Below are positions 43,079 through 52,541 of a DNA stretch of 64,000 nucleotides, in pieces; position 1 is the first letter of the stretch, and every line of letters starts with the position of its first letter. The position numbers and the translations under genes are program-made. The notes below the pieces were generated by a model that saw only the letters and a program-made list of their open reading frames with translations, made no database searches and was not told the DNA's origin. The stretch is taken from assembly GCA_034521595.1 (NCBI GenBank), contig JAXHMG010000003.1, positions 1,152,001 through 1,216,000 of the forward strand. Direction: 5' to 3'. Source of the DNA: Gemmatimonadota bacterium. GTDB lineage: Bacteria > Gemmatimonadota > Gemmatimonadetes > Longimicrobiales > Gaopeijiaceae.

Positions 43079-44211
43079 ACATCCTCATGCACAGCGTCTA
43101 CTTCCCCCCGGAAGTAGGAGGGCTCGAGAGCCACGTGTTCCACCTGTGCAAGGGACTGGCGGCCCGTGGCCACCGGGTCGACGTGGTCACCTCCAAGTCC
43201 CGACCCGAGCTCCCGGAGCGTGAGAACGTCGCGAACGTGCACGTCTGGAGGACGCCGCTTCCGGCCCGCAACACCCCGGGCTGGGCCCTTCACGCGCTCG
43301 GATCCATGCCACGCTTCGGCACGCTGGCCCGCGCCGCGCACGTGCTGCATGCGCAGGACATCGCCGCCGTGCTTCCGTGCATGGTGGCTCGCCGGGCCCT
43401 CGGGAAGGTGCCGTTCGTGACGACGTACCACACGAGCCATTTTCTCCGCCGTGCGGAAAGCCCGTTCTGGCGACCCGTCTTCCGGCGCTTCATCGACGCG
43501 GCCGACCACAACCTCGCCGCCAGCGAAGAGATCGCCGATGTGGTCCGTTCGATCTCACCCGGAAGCTCGACCGAGGCGTTGACCAACGGCGTCGATACGG
43601 AGCTGTTCCGCCGGACCGACGCGACGCTTCGGACACCGGCCGCGGGACGCCGGCGACTGCTCGTGCCGCGCCGGCTCTTCCCGAAGAACGGGGTGGAGTA
43701 CCTGGTCAGAGCCATGCCGGCCATCGTCGAGCGGGTGGACGTCGAAGCCGTCCTCATCGGGGACGGCCCGGAGCGCAGCCGCCTGGAAGCGCTCGCTCAC
43801 GAGCTCGGCGTCGCCGACCGGGTGGTTTTCGTGGGCTCCCATCGACACGACGAGATGCCGGGACTTCTGTCCAGTGGTGACCTGGCGGTCTTTCCGTCCC
43901 TCATGGAAGCGACATCCGTCGCCGCGCTGGAAGCGATGGCGTGTGAGGTTCCCGTCGCGGCCTCCCGAGTGGGTGGCCTCCCCGAAATCGTCGATAGCGC
44001 GGTGGGCTCCCTCTTCGAGCCCGGTGACCCGGACAGCCTCGCTCGGACGGTGGTGGATCTCCTCGAAGGAGGACAGCTTAGGTCCCTGGGACGAACGGCT
44101 CGAGGACGCGTCGTGGAGCGGTGGAGCAACGAGCGGTTGGTGGACCGACACCTGCAGGTCTACGAGGACGTGATCGCCCGAAGCGAAAGCAGAGGAGACA
44201 TTCGTGGCTGA
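43075..44211 (+). CDS. GT4 family glycosyltransferase
   Basis: FPPEVGGLE, NGVD, IGDGP, EATSVAALEAMAC, VGGLPE. Confidence 0.9.
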   Translation: MNILMHSVYFPPEVGGLESHVFHLCKGLAARGHRVDVVTSKSRPELPERENVANVHVWRTPLPARNTPGWALHALGSMPRFGTLARAAHVLHAQDIAAVLPCMVARRALGKVPFVTTYHTSHFLRRAESPFWRPVFRRFIDAADHNLAASEEIADVVRSISPGSSTEALTNGVDTELFRRTDATLRTPAAGRRRLLVPRRLFPKNGVEYLVRAMPAIVERVDVEAVLIGDGPERSRLEALAHELGVADRVVFVGSHRHDEMPGLLSSGDLAVFPSLMEATSVAALEAMACEVPVAASRVGGLPEIVDSAVGSLFEPGDPDSLARTVVDLLEGGQLRSLGRTARGRVVERWSNERLVDRHLQVYEDVIARSESRGDIRG

Positions 44212-46753
44212 AGGTCGGAGAGGACGTCGCACGCGGGGGAAGCCCGGCAAGAAGAAGGCAGCGGACGGTGGAAGGTCGAACGCTGCCGAGGCCGCCGCTC
44301 CAGCCTCCGGAGGGCAGGGGGGCGTTCCGCTCTGGGTTCCCGTCATCCTTTTCTCGGGTCTCGCCGTCTTCGCGTTCCGCGAGTTCATCTTCAGCGACCG
44401 GATGCTCTTCGGAAGCGATACGCTCGGTCTCGGGTACGTCGCGAGGGCATTCTACGCCGAAGCCCTGAAGGAGCTTGGAGCCATACCTGGATGGGCCCCC
44501 GAGATCCTCGGCGGCACGCCCTTCCTGGAAGCGCTTTCCGGTGGCGATTCCCTGTACCCACCCTCGCTCGCCCTGCTTCTGGCACTGGAACCCTACCGGG
44601 CTCTGGGATGGAAGCTGGTGCTCCACGTCGGCGCGGCGGGCTTCTTCATGTTCGGCTGGGTTCGGGCCATCGGAGCTTCGCGTGGCGCCGCGCTCTTCGC
44701 CGGAACCGCCTACATGCTCGCCCCGTTCTTCGTGAGCCTGGTCCACCCCGGACATGACGGAAAGATCTTCGTGACGGCGCTCGCGCCGCTCCTGTTCTGG
44801 GCGGTGGAGCGTCATTTCCGGAATCCGGGCCTGAGAACCTTCGCCGCCACGGCACTGGTCGTGGGATTGATCATCCTGACGACGCACTTCCAGATGGCCT
44901 ACTTTCTCTTCGGGGGTGTGGGCCTGTTCGCGATCTTCCGGACGGTTCAGCTTTGGCGGGACCAGAAGTCGGACGGGAATGGGGAGGCCGCGTCCGGCCG
45001 AGCGCGATCGTTCCGCCCCGCCACGGCCCGCTTCGGGCTGTTCCTGGGGGCGGCCGTGGTGGGCGCCGGAGTGGGTGGTGTACAGCTCCTTCCCGCCGCG
45101 GACTACGTGACGGAGCATTCCCGGCGCGTCCAGACCACCCGCGCGGCCGCCGGCGAGACCGGAGTGGACTGGTCGAGCTCATGGTCCATCCACCCGGAGG
45201 AAGCACTCTCCCTGGTCGTGCCGGAGTTCGCGGGGAACAACGCCGGTGGAGCTGCATGGGCCGAAAACGGATATTGGGGCCGCAATCCGTTCAAGGACAA
45301 CCACGAATACGCGGGTCTCGTCGTCCTGCTCCTCGCGGCCGCGTCGTTCGTCGGCGGTGCCCGGCCTCGGCTCCGAGGGTTCTTCGCGGGGCTCGGCCTC
45401 CTCGCGCTTCTCTTCGCATTGGGCGCGAACACACCCGTGTGGCGCATCTTCTACGAGATCGTGCCTGGAATCCGGCTCTTTCGTGCCCCGTCACAAGCCG
45501 TCTTCCTCTTCGGATTCGCGGTCGTGACGCTGGCCGCGCTGGGGCTGGACCGGCTCCTGCGCTTGTCACGGGACCCCGAGGATCCCGGATGGCGCCCCAT
45601 GCTCAAGGTTCTGGGTGGTGCGGCCGGGGCGGTCGCTCTCCTCGCGCTCCTCATCAGCTCGGGCAGCTTCACCACGGTGTGGACGTCCACGATCTACCCC
45701 GGGATCCAACCCCGGAACTTGGAAACCATGCGCGGTCTGCTTCCGTCGATGACGAGCGGCGCGTGGCTCGCGTTCCTTCTCGCCGGGGCCGTCTTCGGAT
45801 TGGCGTGGGGTAGCCGGGCCGGCCGCTGGGGACCTCGAGTCCTCCTGGTCGGGCTCGTGACGCTCGCTGCCGTCGATGCGCTCAGGATCGACCACGTCTT
45901 CATCGAGACGCTCGACTTCCACGAGTGGTCCGCACCCGATCGGAACGTCCAAGCGGTGTTGGAGCGGGAACGGGAGAGCGACGAGCCGTACCGCCTTCTC
46001 TCGCTCCGACGTTCCGGCCAAGACGTCTTGCCGGCTCTCCACGGCATCGAGTTAGCGGCTGGACACCATCCGAATGACCTGGCTCGCTATCGTGAGTTGA
46101 TCGGAATGGTGGGATCTTCGTTCCCGGAGAACCTGCTGAACCCGAACATCCGCCGCATTCTGAACGTGCGTTATCTACTTTGGCCGGACTATGAGATCGG
46201 GCAGTCCGTGGACGGTCCGGTCCTCTCGCGCACGACGCTCTCGGACGGGCGCCCCTACGAAACCATGTTGACGGACGTGGGCCTCCCGCGCGCGCGACTG
46301 GTGGGCTCGGCGGTGGTGAAAGAGGACGGCGAAGCCGTGCCGTACATGCTGTCCGACGCATTCGACCCCGAGGGCGAGGTGGTTCTGCCGGCCCCCCCGC
46401 CCGTCGACCTACCCGGCGCGCCGGTACGGGGCGAGGTCCGCTGGGTTGAGCGGAATCCCAATACTCTGCGCCTCGAAGTCGAATCCGACGCCCCGGCGCT
46501 GCTGGTCGTAGCGGACAACTGGTTTCCGGCCTGGCAAGCCGTCGTGAACGGGACCGAAGCGCCCGTCCTCCGGGCCTACCATACCTTGCGAGCCGTGCCC
46601 GTCCCCGAAGGAAGCTCCACCGTGGAGATGACCTACCGCTCCTCGCTCGTTTCGTGGAGCGCCTGGCTCAGCGCCATCCTCACCGCCGGGCTCTTACTCG
46701 CGCTCGCCGTGAGCACCGTGGGACGGCGGTGGCGACCGGGCGGCGGGTCCTGA
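44204..46753 (+). CDS. YfhO-like GT-C polytopic membrane protein
   Basis: PGW...LGGTPF, many TMs, LFRAP, LNVRYLL, PRA, C-terminal W.A.VNG...RAVPVPEG...M.Y motif. Confidence 0.75.
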   Translation: MAEGRRGRRTRGKPGKKKAADGGRSNAAEAAAPASGGQGGVPLWVPVILFSGLAVFAFREFIFSDRMLFGSDTLGLGYVARAFYAEALKELGAIPGWAPEILGGTPFLEALSGGDSLYPPSLALLLALEPYRALGWKLVLHVGAAGFFMFGWVRAIGASRGAALFAGTAYMLAPFFVSLVHPGHDGKIFVTALAPLLFWAVERHFRNPGLRTFAATALVVGLIILTTHFQMAYFLFGGVGLFAIFRTVQLWRDQKSDGNGEAASGRARSFRPATARFGLFLGAAVVGAGVGGVQLLPAADYVTEHSRRVQTTRAAAGETGVDWSSSWSIHPEEALSLVVPEFAGNNAGGAAWAENGYWGRNPFKDNHEYAGLVVLLLAAASFVGGARPRLRGFFAGLGLLALLFALGANTPVWRIFYEIVPGIRLFRAPSQAVFLFGFAVVTLAALGLDRLLRLSRDPEDPGWRPMLKVLGGAAGAVALLALLISSGSFTTVWTSTIYPGIQPRNLETMRGLLPSMTSGAWLAFLLAGAVFGLAWGSRAGRWGPRVLLVGLVTLAAVDALRIDHVFIETLDFHEWSAPDRNVQAVLERERESDEPYRLLSLRRSGQDVLPALHGIELAAGHHPNDLARYRELIGMVGSSFPENLLNPNIRRILNVRYLLWPDYEIGQSVDGPVLSRTTLSDGRPYETMLTDVGLPRARLVGSAVVKEDGEAVPYMLSDAFDPEGEVVLPAPPPVDLPGAPVRGEVRWVERNPNTLRLEVESDAPALLVVADNWFPAWQAVVNGTEAPVLRAYHTLRAVPVPEGSSTVEMTYRSSLVSWSAWLSAILTAGLLLALAVSTVGRRWRPGGGS

Positions 46754-47673
46754 AGCGGTGGGGGCTGCGCGCCGGGCAATGGCTCCTCACGGGCCTCGTG
46801 ACCTGGTTCATCGTATCGCGCGTCGGATTGGGGGTCGAAGAGCTGCGCGCCCTCGAAACCCGGACATGGCGACCTCATCCCGGGCCATTCGTCGCTTCCG
46901 TCGTGGTGCTCGCACTGGGATACTTCACCTCGGCCGGCATCTGGGGGCGCGTAGTGCGGGACCTGGGCGGTCCTTCGTTGTCGACCCATCGCGCAATCTC
47001 GATCTTCATGGTCGCCAACCTGGGACGGTACGTGCCCGGCAAGGTGTGGCAGATCGCAGGCCTCGCCGCGCTGTCCCGGAACGCCGGAGTGCCCGTGGCT
47101 ACCGCCACGGCCGCGGCGGTAGCGGGGCAGGGCGTCGCGCTCATCGCCGCCGGGCTGCTGGGCACGATCACCTTCATCGGCGGTCCTCCACCATACGCGA
47201 CCTGGGGCACGGTGGCTCTGGTGGTGCTGCTCGGACTCCTTCTCCTCGCTTCCATCCCCCGCGTGTACGCAACCGTCCTGGGCGCCTGGTTCCGGCTCGC
47301 CCGGACCGAGGAACCGCGGGCGCTTCCAAGGGCTCAGGTCCTCCGTTGGCTCGCGCTGTACCTGCTCAACTGGCTCATTTATGCCGCCGCGTTCTGGCTC
47401 CTGACCATGAGCTTCGGCCTCCGAGGATCCCCCGTGGCGGTCGGCTCGTCGTTCGCGGCCGCCTACGTGCTCGGGTACGTCATGGTTTTCGCGCCCGCGG
47501 GCCTGGGGCCTCGGGAGGGTTTCCTCATCGCCTTCCTGACACCCCAGTTCGGAGGTGGAGCCGCCGGCATGATCGCCATCGTCGCCCGCCTGTGGACGAC
47601 GCTGGTGGAAGTCGTCCCGGCTGCCGTGCTCTGGATGATCGGAAGAACGGGGAGGCCCGAGCGTGACGAGTGA
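46729..47673 (+). CDS. UPF0104 / lysylphosphatidylglycerol synthase TM-domain (flippase-like) protein
   Basis: NLGRYVPGK and APAGLGPREG motifs, about 8 TMs; start GTG 46729 or CTG 46750. Confidence 0.75.
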   Translation: MATGRRVLKRWGLRAGQWLLTGLVTWFIVSRVGLGVEELRALETRTWRPHPGPFVASVVVLALGYFTSAGIWGRVVRDLGGPSLSTHRAISIFMVANLGRYVPGKVWQIAGLAALSRNAGVPVATATAAAVAGQGVALIAAGLLGTITFIGGPPPYATWGTVALVVLLGLLLLASIPRVYATVLGAWFRLARTEEPRALPRAQVLRWLALYLLNWLIYAAAFWLLTMSFGLRGSPVAVGSSFAAAYVLGYVMVFAPAGLGPREGFLIAFLTPQFGGGAAGMIAIVARLWTTLVEVVPAAVLWMIGRTGRPERDE

Positions 47674-48391
47674 AGGACGCTTCCTGGTCATCGTGCCGAC
47701 GTACAACGAGATCGAAAGCCTGCCACGGAAGGCTCCGAAGATCCTGGAGCAGGACGAACGAATCGATCTCCTGGTCGTGGATGACGCCTCCCCGGACGGC
47801 ACCGGCGCGCTCGCCGAAGACCTCGCCGCGCAGGACCCGCGTGTGCACGTGCTGCACCGGCCCGGGAAGGAAGGCCTCGGCCCCGCCTATCTGGCCGGCT
47901 TCCGGTGGGGTCTCGACCGGGGATACGCCCTGCTGTTCGAGACGGACGCCGATATATCCCACCCTCCCGACGCGCTGCCGCGAATGATCGACCTCGCCTC
48001 GACCCACGACGTCGTGATCGGATCCCGATACGTGGATGGCCGCGTGACGGTCTCCAACTGGCCCATGACCCGACTCCTGGTCTCCTACTTCGGGTCGTGG
48101 TACGCCCGGATCATCACCGGCATGCCCGTACGGGACGCCACCGGCGGATTCATGTGCTGGCGACGCGCAGTCCTCGAGGAAGTGGACCTCTCACGGGTGC
48201 GGTCCAACGGATACGCATTCCAGATCGAGCTCAAATACAGGGCGTACCGCAAAGGGTTCTCGCTAGTCGAGTTCCCGATCCTCTTCACGGAGCGAGACTA
48301 TGGGGAATCCAAAATGTCGAAGAAGATCGTCCGGGAGGCGATCTGGCGGGTCTGGTGGCTCCGAATCCAGGCATTGACGGGACGGCTCTGA
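47663..48391 (+). CDS. Polyprenol monophosphomannose synthase (Dpm1/Ppm1-like GT2)
   Basis: VPTYNE, VDDASPDGTG, KEGLGPAY..GF, DADISH, SNGYAFQIE, GESKMS. Confidence 0.9.
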   Translation: MTSEGRFLVIVPTYNEIESLPRKAPKILEQDERIDLLVVDDASPDGTGALAEDLAAQDPRVHVLHRPGKEGLGPAYLAGFRWGLDRGYALLFETDADISHPPDALPRMIDLASTHDVVIGSRYVDGRVTVSNWPMTRLLVSYFGSWYARIITGMPVRDATGGFMCWRRAVLEEVDLSRVRSNGYAFQIELKYRAYRKGFSLVEFPILFTERDYGESKMSKKIVREAIWRVWWLRIQALTGRL

Positions 48392-48392
48392 G

Positions 48393-49157
48393 ATGAGCGA
48401 TCCTCGACGCATCGGCCGGGAATACTACGACTCCAGCGACTACTTCGACGGAAGGGATGCACGCCATATCGTCGACGTCGACAGTCGATTCCAGCGATAC
48501 CGGGTCGAGAAGGTTCTCGAGATTCACGCCCCCCAGCCAGGCGACCGGATCGTCGACCTCGGCTGCGGATGGGGCACGTTCTCCTTCGCCCTCGCCGCGC
48601 GCGGCTGTCAGGTCATCGGTGTGGACTTCAGCCGACGCTCGATCGACTTCTGTGAGGCCCGCCGCGCGGCGCTTCCTCCCGGGCAAAGAGAGCGACTCTC
48701 ATTCCTCCGTGCCGACGGAGGAGAGACGGGGCTGAACCCGGATTCCTACGACCTCGTGCTGGCAGCCGATCTGTTCGAGCACCTGTATCCCGAGGACTCC
48801 GAGCGCGTCGTGCGTGAAGCATACCGGCTCCTTACCCCCGGAGGTCGCTTCAGCGTTTGGACGCCCCACCGGGGACACATCCTCGAAGTACTCAAGAACC
48901 GCGGGATCATTCTGAAGCCGGACATCACGCACGTGGACTACAAGTCGATGGACCGGATGCGATCCCTCCTGCAAGAAGCCGGATTCGAGATCGAGAAGGC
49001 CTACTACGCCGAATCACACGTCCCCATCCTCCGACGGGCGGAACGGGTATTGCAACGATGGGTTCCAATATTGAGACGCCGCATCGCGATCCTGGGCCGG
49101 AAACCACGGACGTCTGAAGCGACCCGGACGGATCATCCGAACCAGGGGAGCCCGTGA
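48393..49157 (+). CDS. Class I SAM-dependent methyltransferase
   Basis: VDLGCGWG, GVDFS, DLFEHL, LTPGG. Confidence 0.88.
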   Translation: MSDPRRIGREYYDSSDYFDGRDARHIVDVDSRFQRYRVEKVLEIHAPQPGDRIVDLGCGWGTFSFALAARGCQVIGVDFSRRSIDFCEARRAALPPGQRERLSFLRADGGETGLNPDSYDLVLAADLFEHLYPEDSERVVREAYRLLTPGGRFSVWTPHRGHILEVLKNRGIILKPDITHVDYKSMDRMRSLLQEAGFEIEKAYYAESHVPILRRAERVLQRWVPILRRRIAILGRKPRTSEATRTDHPNQGSP

Positions 49158-49197
49158 GGATGCGCAAACACGGCTCTGGACACGGTGGTGTGAGAAC

Positions 49198-49698
49198 GTG
49201 AGCTGGGAGATCGAGCGACGCTATCTCGTACGGGTTCCACCCGAGGCGTGGAGCGGATTCGGTGAAGGGCGTCACCTGCGACAAGGATACGTGGTCGCCG
49301 GTCCCAAGACCGTGCGCATCCGCTCCGGCGAGGAACGCGGGTTCGTGCTCACGTGCAAGCGCGGCTCCGGAATTCGCCGTGAGGAAGTCGAAGCCGTGGT
49401 CGCCCCCGACATGGCCGAGGCCCTGTTCGAGGCGGCCGAAGACCGGATCATCGAGAAGGTCCGCCACCGACTCGGACCATGGGAGCTCGACCGGTTCCTC
49501 GGGGCTCTCGAAGGCCTGCACCTGCTCGAGATCGAACTGGACGCCCCGGACGCGGCCGTACCATCTCCGCCCGCAGAGATCTCGATCCTGCGTGAGGTCA
49601 CAGACGATAACCGGTTTGTTAGCAGTATGTTGGCATCGATGACTCCAGATCACCAACGAAGCTGGGTTCGCGGGGTCTATCGAGAGGTGGACCAGTGA
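49198..49698 (+). CDS. CYTH domain protein (triphosphate tunnel metalloenzyme)
   Basis: EIERRYLV, QGY, VRIR, KVRH, WELDRF, EIEL, EVT. Confidence 0.85.
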   Translation: MSWEIERRYLVRVPPEAWSGFGEGRHLRQGYVVAGPKTVRIRSGEERGFVLTCKRGSGIRREEVEAVVAPDMAEALFEAAEDRIIEKVRHRLGPWELDRFLGALEGLHLLEIELDAPDAAVPSPPAEISILREVTDDNRFVSSMLASMTPDHQRSWVRGVYREVDQ

Positions 49699-50270
49699 TT
49701 CCGCGCCGAGCTCTGCGGGATATCGGTGGGAGCGCCGCCGTCCTCCTGGCCGTGGGCGGCTGCACCATGGTCGGCTCGCCGGAGCTGGTCTCACCACCAC
49801 CCGCGCCCGACGAGATCGCGGACGCGGTTCCTCGCGCCGAGCCGCCCAGTGCGTCGGGAAACATGGCACAATACGAGCAACGGGGACGTGTATACCGGGT
49901 GCTCGACAGCTCGTACGGATATGACGAACGGGGCGTCGCGTCCTGGTACGGCGAAGCGTTCCAAGGCCGGCCGACCAGTAGCGGAGAGCCGTACGACATG
50001 AACCTCATGACGGCCGCGCACCGGACGTTGCCGCTTCCGTCGTACGTGGAGGTCACGAACCTCAACAACGGGCGGAAAGCGGTGGTCCGGGTCAATGACC
50101 GGGGACCGTTTCACGACCCGGACGAACGGATCATCGACGTTTCGTACGCCGCGGCCAGGAAGCTCGGAATGGTCGGCTCCGGCACGGCCGCTGTAAGGGT
50201 CCGGGCCATCGAGCCATGGCAGAGGAGGACCGCGGCGGGTGAGAGGGATGGGGATGGACGACGTTTTTGA
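49695..50270 (+). CDS. rlpA: Septal ring lytic transglycosylase RlpA family lipoprotein (DPBB only, no SPOR)
   Basis: VGGC lipobox, GVASWYG, TAAHRTLP, VRVNDRGPF, RIIDVSYAAA. Confidence 0.9.
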   Translation: MIPRRALRDIGGSAAVLLAVGGCTMVGSPELVSPPPAPDEIADAVPRAEPPSASGNMAQYEQRGRVYRVLDSSYGYDERGVASWYGEAFQGRPTSSGEPYDMNLMTAAHRTLPLPSYVEVTNLNNGRKAVVRVNDRGPFHDPDERIIDVSYAAARKLGMVGSGTAAVRVRAIEPWQRRTAAGERDGDGRRF

Positions 50271-50319
50271 CGAGGTCGAGGCAGCAAGCCCGCACAGCAC
50301 CCTGAGTGCGCCCGCCTCA

Positions 50320-50347
50320 ATGCAACATAATATGTATTATGCGAACC
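50320..50347 (-). other. dif site (XerC/XerD chromosome dimer resolution site)
   Basis: Minus strand GGTTCGCATAA-TACATA-TTATGTTGCAT, 23/28 identical to E. coli dif; AT-rich, intergenic between convergent genes. Confidence 0.9.
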
Positions 50348-50393
50348 AGGAGGCCGAAATCGAACTGAGACTGAGATGGAATAGGTCCTGCGA

Positions 50394-51089
50394 TCAGGTC
50401 CCTTGGCGAACCTCGAGCTCGGCGATCCGCATCTCGAAGAGGCCGCGCCGGGGGTCGTCCTCGTCCATCCCCGAAAGCGCCCGCTCGTAGAGATCGATCG
50501 CGCCTTCGGGGTCATCCTCCTGAGCACGGATCCGCGCGGCGCTCGCCAGAGCTTCCTCCACCTGGAACGATAGCTCGGAGCGGTCCGCGATCGTCAGATA
50601 CGTCTCCTCGGCTTCGGACCACCGCTCGTTCTGCTCGTAGGCCTTGGCCAAGAGCATGGCACCCTGAAGCTCGATGGGCTCACGCGGCCCGCCCCCCAGA
50701 GGCTCGAGGACGGCCAGAGCCTGCTCGGCGTCACCGCCTTCGAGGTACAGCTCGCCCAGCAACAGACGGGCTTCTCCCTCGTAGGCCGTCCCACCGTACT
50801 GCTCCATGAAGGTGATCAGCTGGTCGCGCGCGCCCTGCCGGTCCTCGATCCCGATCGACTGGTGAATCGTCTCGAGTTGCTGCGCGGCCTGTTCGTTCAG
50901 TGACCGGCGATAGCTGCCGTAGTAGACGACCCCGGCGATCGCGATCACGAGGAGCACCCCGAGGATGGTCATCACCTGCTGGTTCGCCTGGGCCCATCGG
51001 CCAAGCTCGAGCACACGGGCGATGAAGAGGTCGTCCGGTTCGCCCTGGCCTTCCTTGGTCCGGTCCTGGCCGGGTCGACGCTTGGCCAT
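50394..51089 (-). CDS. Membrane-anchored tetratricopeptide repeat protein (YfgM-like)
   Basis: Single N-terminal TM followed by helical A..LLG..Y TPR repeats; ATG at 51089. Confidence 0.75.
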   Translation of the reverse strand: MAKRRPGQDRTKEGQGEPDDLFIARVLELGRWAQANQQVMTILGVLLVIAIAGVVYYGSYRRSLNEQAAQQLETIHQSIGIEDRQGARDQLITFMEQYGGTAYEGEARLLLGELYLEGGDAEQALAVLEPLGGGPREPIELQGAMLLAKAYEQNERWSEAEETYLTIADRSELSFQVEEALASAARIRAQEDDPEGAIDLYERALSGMDEDDPRRGLFEMRIAELEVRQGT

Positions 51090-51151
51090 ATGAAAGGATT
51101 CCACTGGGGTTGGAGGCAAGACGCCACACCACACCTGGTGAAGCGGCAGAA

Positions 51152-51180
51152 AAGCTAGGTGCGACGCCGAAGCCGGTCAA
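51152..51180 (-). promoter_or_regulatory. Putative sigma70-type promoter of the TPR gene
   Basis: Minus strand TTGACC-N17-TAGCTT. Confidence 0.6.
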
Positions 51181-51273
51181 CGAGACGACCTGTCCGCGGT
51201 CCCCGACCCGGTGGCACGAGTCCGCGGGACAGGCGACCTTTTCCTCCGAGCCCACACCTTTCAAGGAGTCACG

Positions 51274-51645
51274 ATGGATCGGATCTTTCTGGGTCTCGGC
51301 GCCACTTTGGCCGGCCTCGCGGTTGCCTTGGGCGCGTTCGGAGCACACGCCCTCCGGGCGAGCCTCGGCGCCGACGACCTCGCGACCTTCGAGACCGGGG
51401 TCCGCTACCACATGTACCACGCTTTGGCGCTCCTCGCCGTGGCCTGGGCTGCCGCGCGGTGGCCCGCTGCCACGTCGCTGACAGTGGCCGGCTGGTCGTT
51501 CGTCGTCGGGGTGCTGGTGTTCTCGGGGAGTCTCTACCTGCTCGTGCTCACCGGACAGCGCTGGCTCGGGGCCGTCACTCCGCTCGGCGGCCTCGCGTTT
51601 CTCCTGGGATGGATCCTCTTCGCTTGGGCGGCCTTCCGCGCATGA
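51274..51645 (+). CDS. DUF423 family membrane protein
   Basis: LGAFGAHAL, YHMYHAL, FSGSLY, GAVTPLGG; AAGGAG Shine-Dalgarno before ATG 51274. Confidence 0.9.
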   Translation: MDRIFLGLGATLAGLAVALGAFGAHALRASLGADDLATFETGVRYHMYHALALLAVAWAAARWPAATSLTVAGWSFVVGVLVFSGSLYLLVLTGQRWLGAVTPLGGLAFLLGWILFAWAAFRA

Positions 51646-52451
51646 GTGAGCCGCTCGTCGCGCGCGCACGGTCTCTGCTCTCCGCCGCGCACCGGGTGAC
51701 GGTCCTGACCGGTGCCGGAATCTCTGCCGAGTCCGGCATTCCGACCTTCCGGGGCGAAGCGGGACTCTGGCGCTCCCATCGACCGGAGGAGCTCGCCACC
51801 CCGGAGGCCTTTCGGCGCGACCCGGAGCTCGTCTGGTCGTGGTACGCGTGGCGTCGGTCCATCGTGGCTGCGTGCGAGCCCAACGACGGCCACCTCGCTC
51901 TCGCGCGCTTCGCGCTCGAGCACGAGGCCGTCACCCTCGTCACGCAAAACGTGGACGGGCTCCACCACCGCGCCGCGGTCGCCGAAGCGGACGGTCGCGC
52001 CCCCGAGCCGGCCTATCCATGGGAGCTCCACGGATCCTTGCTAAGGGACCGGTGCTTCGACTGTAACCGTCAGTCCGACGCCGTTTTACATTCCTACGAC
52101 GCGGAAGACGCCGGGAGTCCGAGCGGCCCGAACGAAACGGACCGCTCGAGCGTGACGATTCCGCGTTGCGATTCCTGCGGCGGGCTCCTCCGCCCCGATG
52201 TCGTCTGGTTCGGAGAGGTGCTTCCCACGGCCGCACTCGAGAGCGCGTTCGAGGCTGCGGCCGCGTCGGATGTCTGCCTCGTGGTCGGCACCAGCGCCCT
52301 CGTACACCCGGCCGCGTCGATTCCCAGAGCCACGTTGCGCGCGGGCCGGCCGGTCATCGAGGTCAACCTCGAGCCCACGGCCCTCTCGCCCTTCGCGGAG
52401 GTCTCGCTCATGGGCGAGGCCGGAGCCACCCTGCCCGACCTTCTGCGCTGA
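51642..52451 (+). CDS. cobB: NAD-dependent protein deacylase (class III sirtuin)
   Basis: GAGISAESGIPTFRG, YxxR, TQNVDGLH, HGSL, CxxC..CxxC, RPDVVWFGE, GTS. Confidence 0.93.
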   Translation: MSEPLVARARSLLSAAHRVTVLTGAGISAESGIPTFRGEAGLWRSHRPEELATPEAFRRDPELVWSWYAWRRSIVAACEPNDGHLALARFALEHEAVTLVTQNVDGLHHRAAVAEADGRAPEPAYPWELHGSLLRDRCFDCNRQSDAVLHSYDAEDAGSPSGPNETDRSSVTIPRCDSCGGLLRPDVVWFGEVLPTAALESAFEAAAASDVCLVVGTSALVHPAASIPRATLRAGRPVIEVNLEPTALSPFAEVSLMGEAGATLPDLLR

Positions 52452-52541
52452 TCAGCACGCGGTACCGATGCACGGCCTCCCGGCCTATACTTGTCCTTGT
52501 ATTTGATGAATTGCGTCCGTGTCCCGTCTCTCCGGTAATCG

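Noticed and set aside
50363..50377. Short ACTGAG tandem repeat next to dif
   Set aside because: Only two copies; not distinguishable from chance
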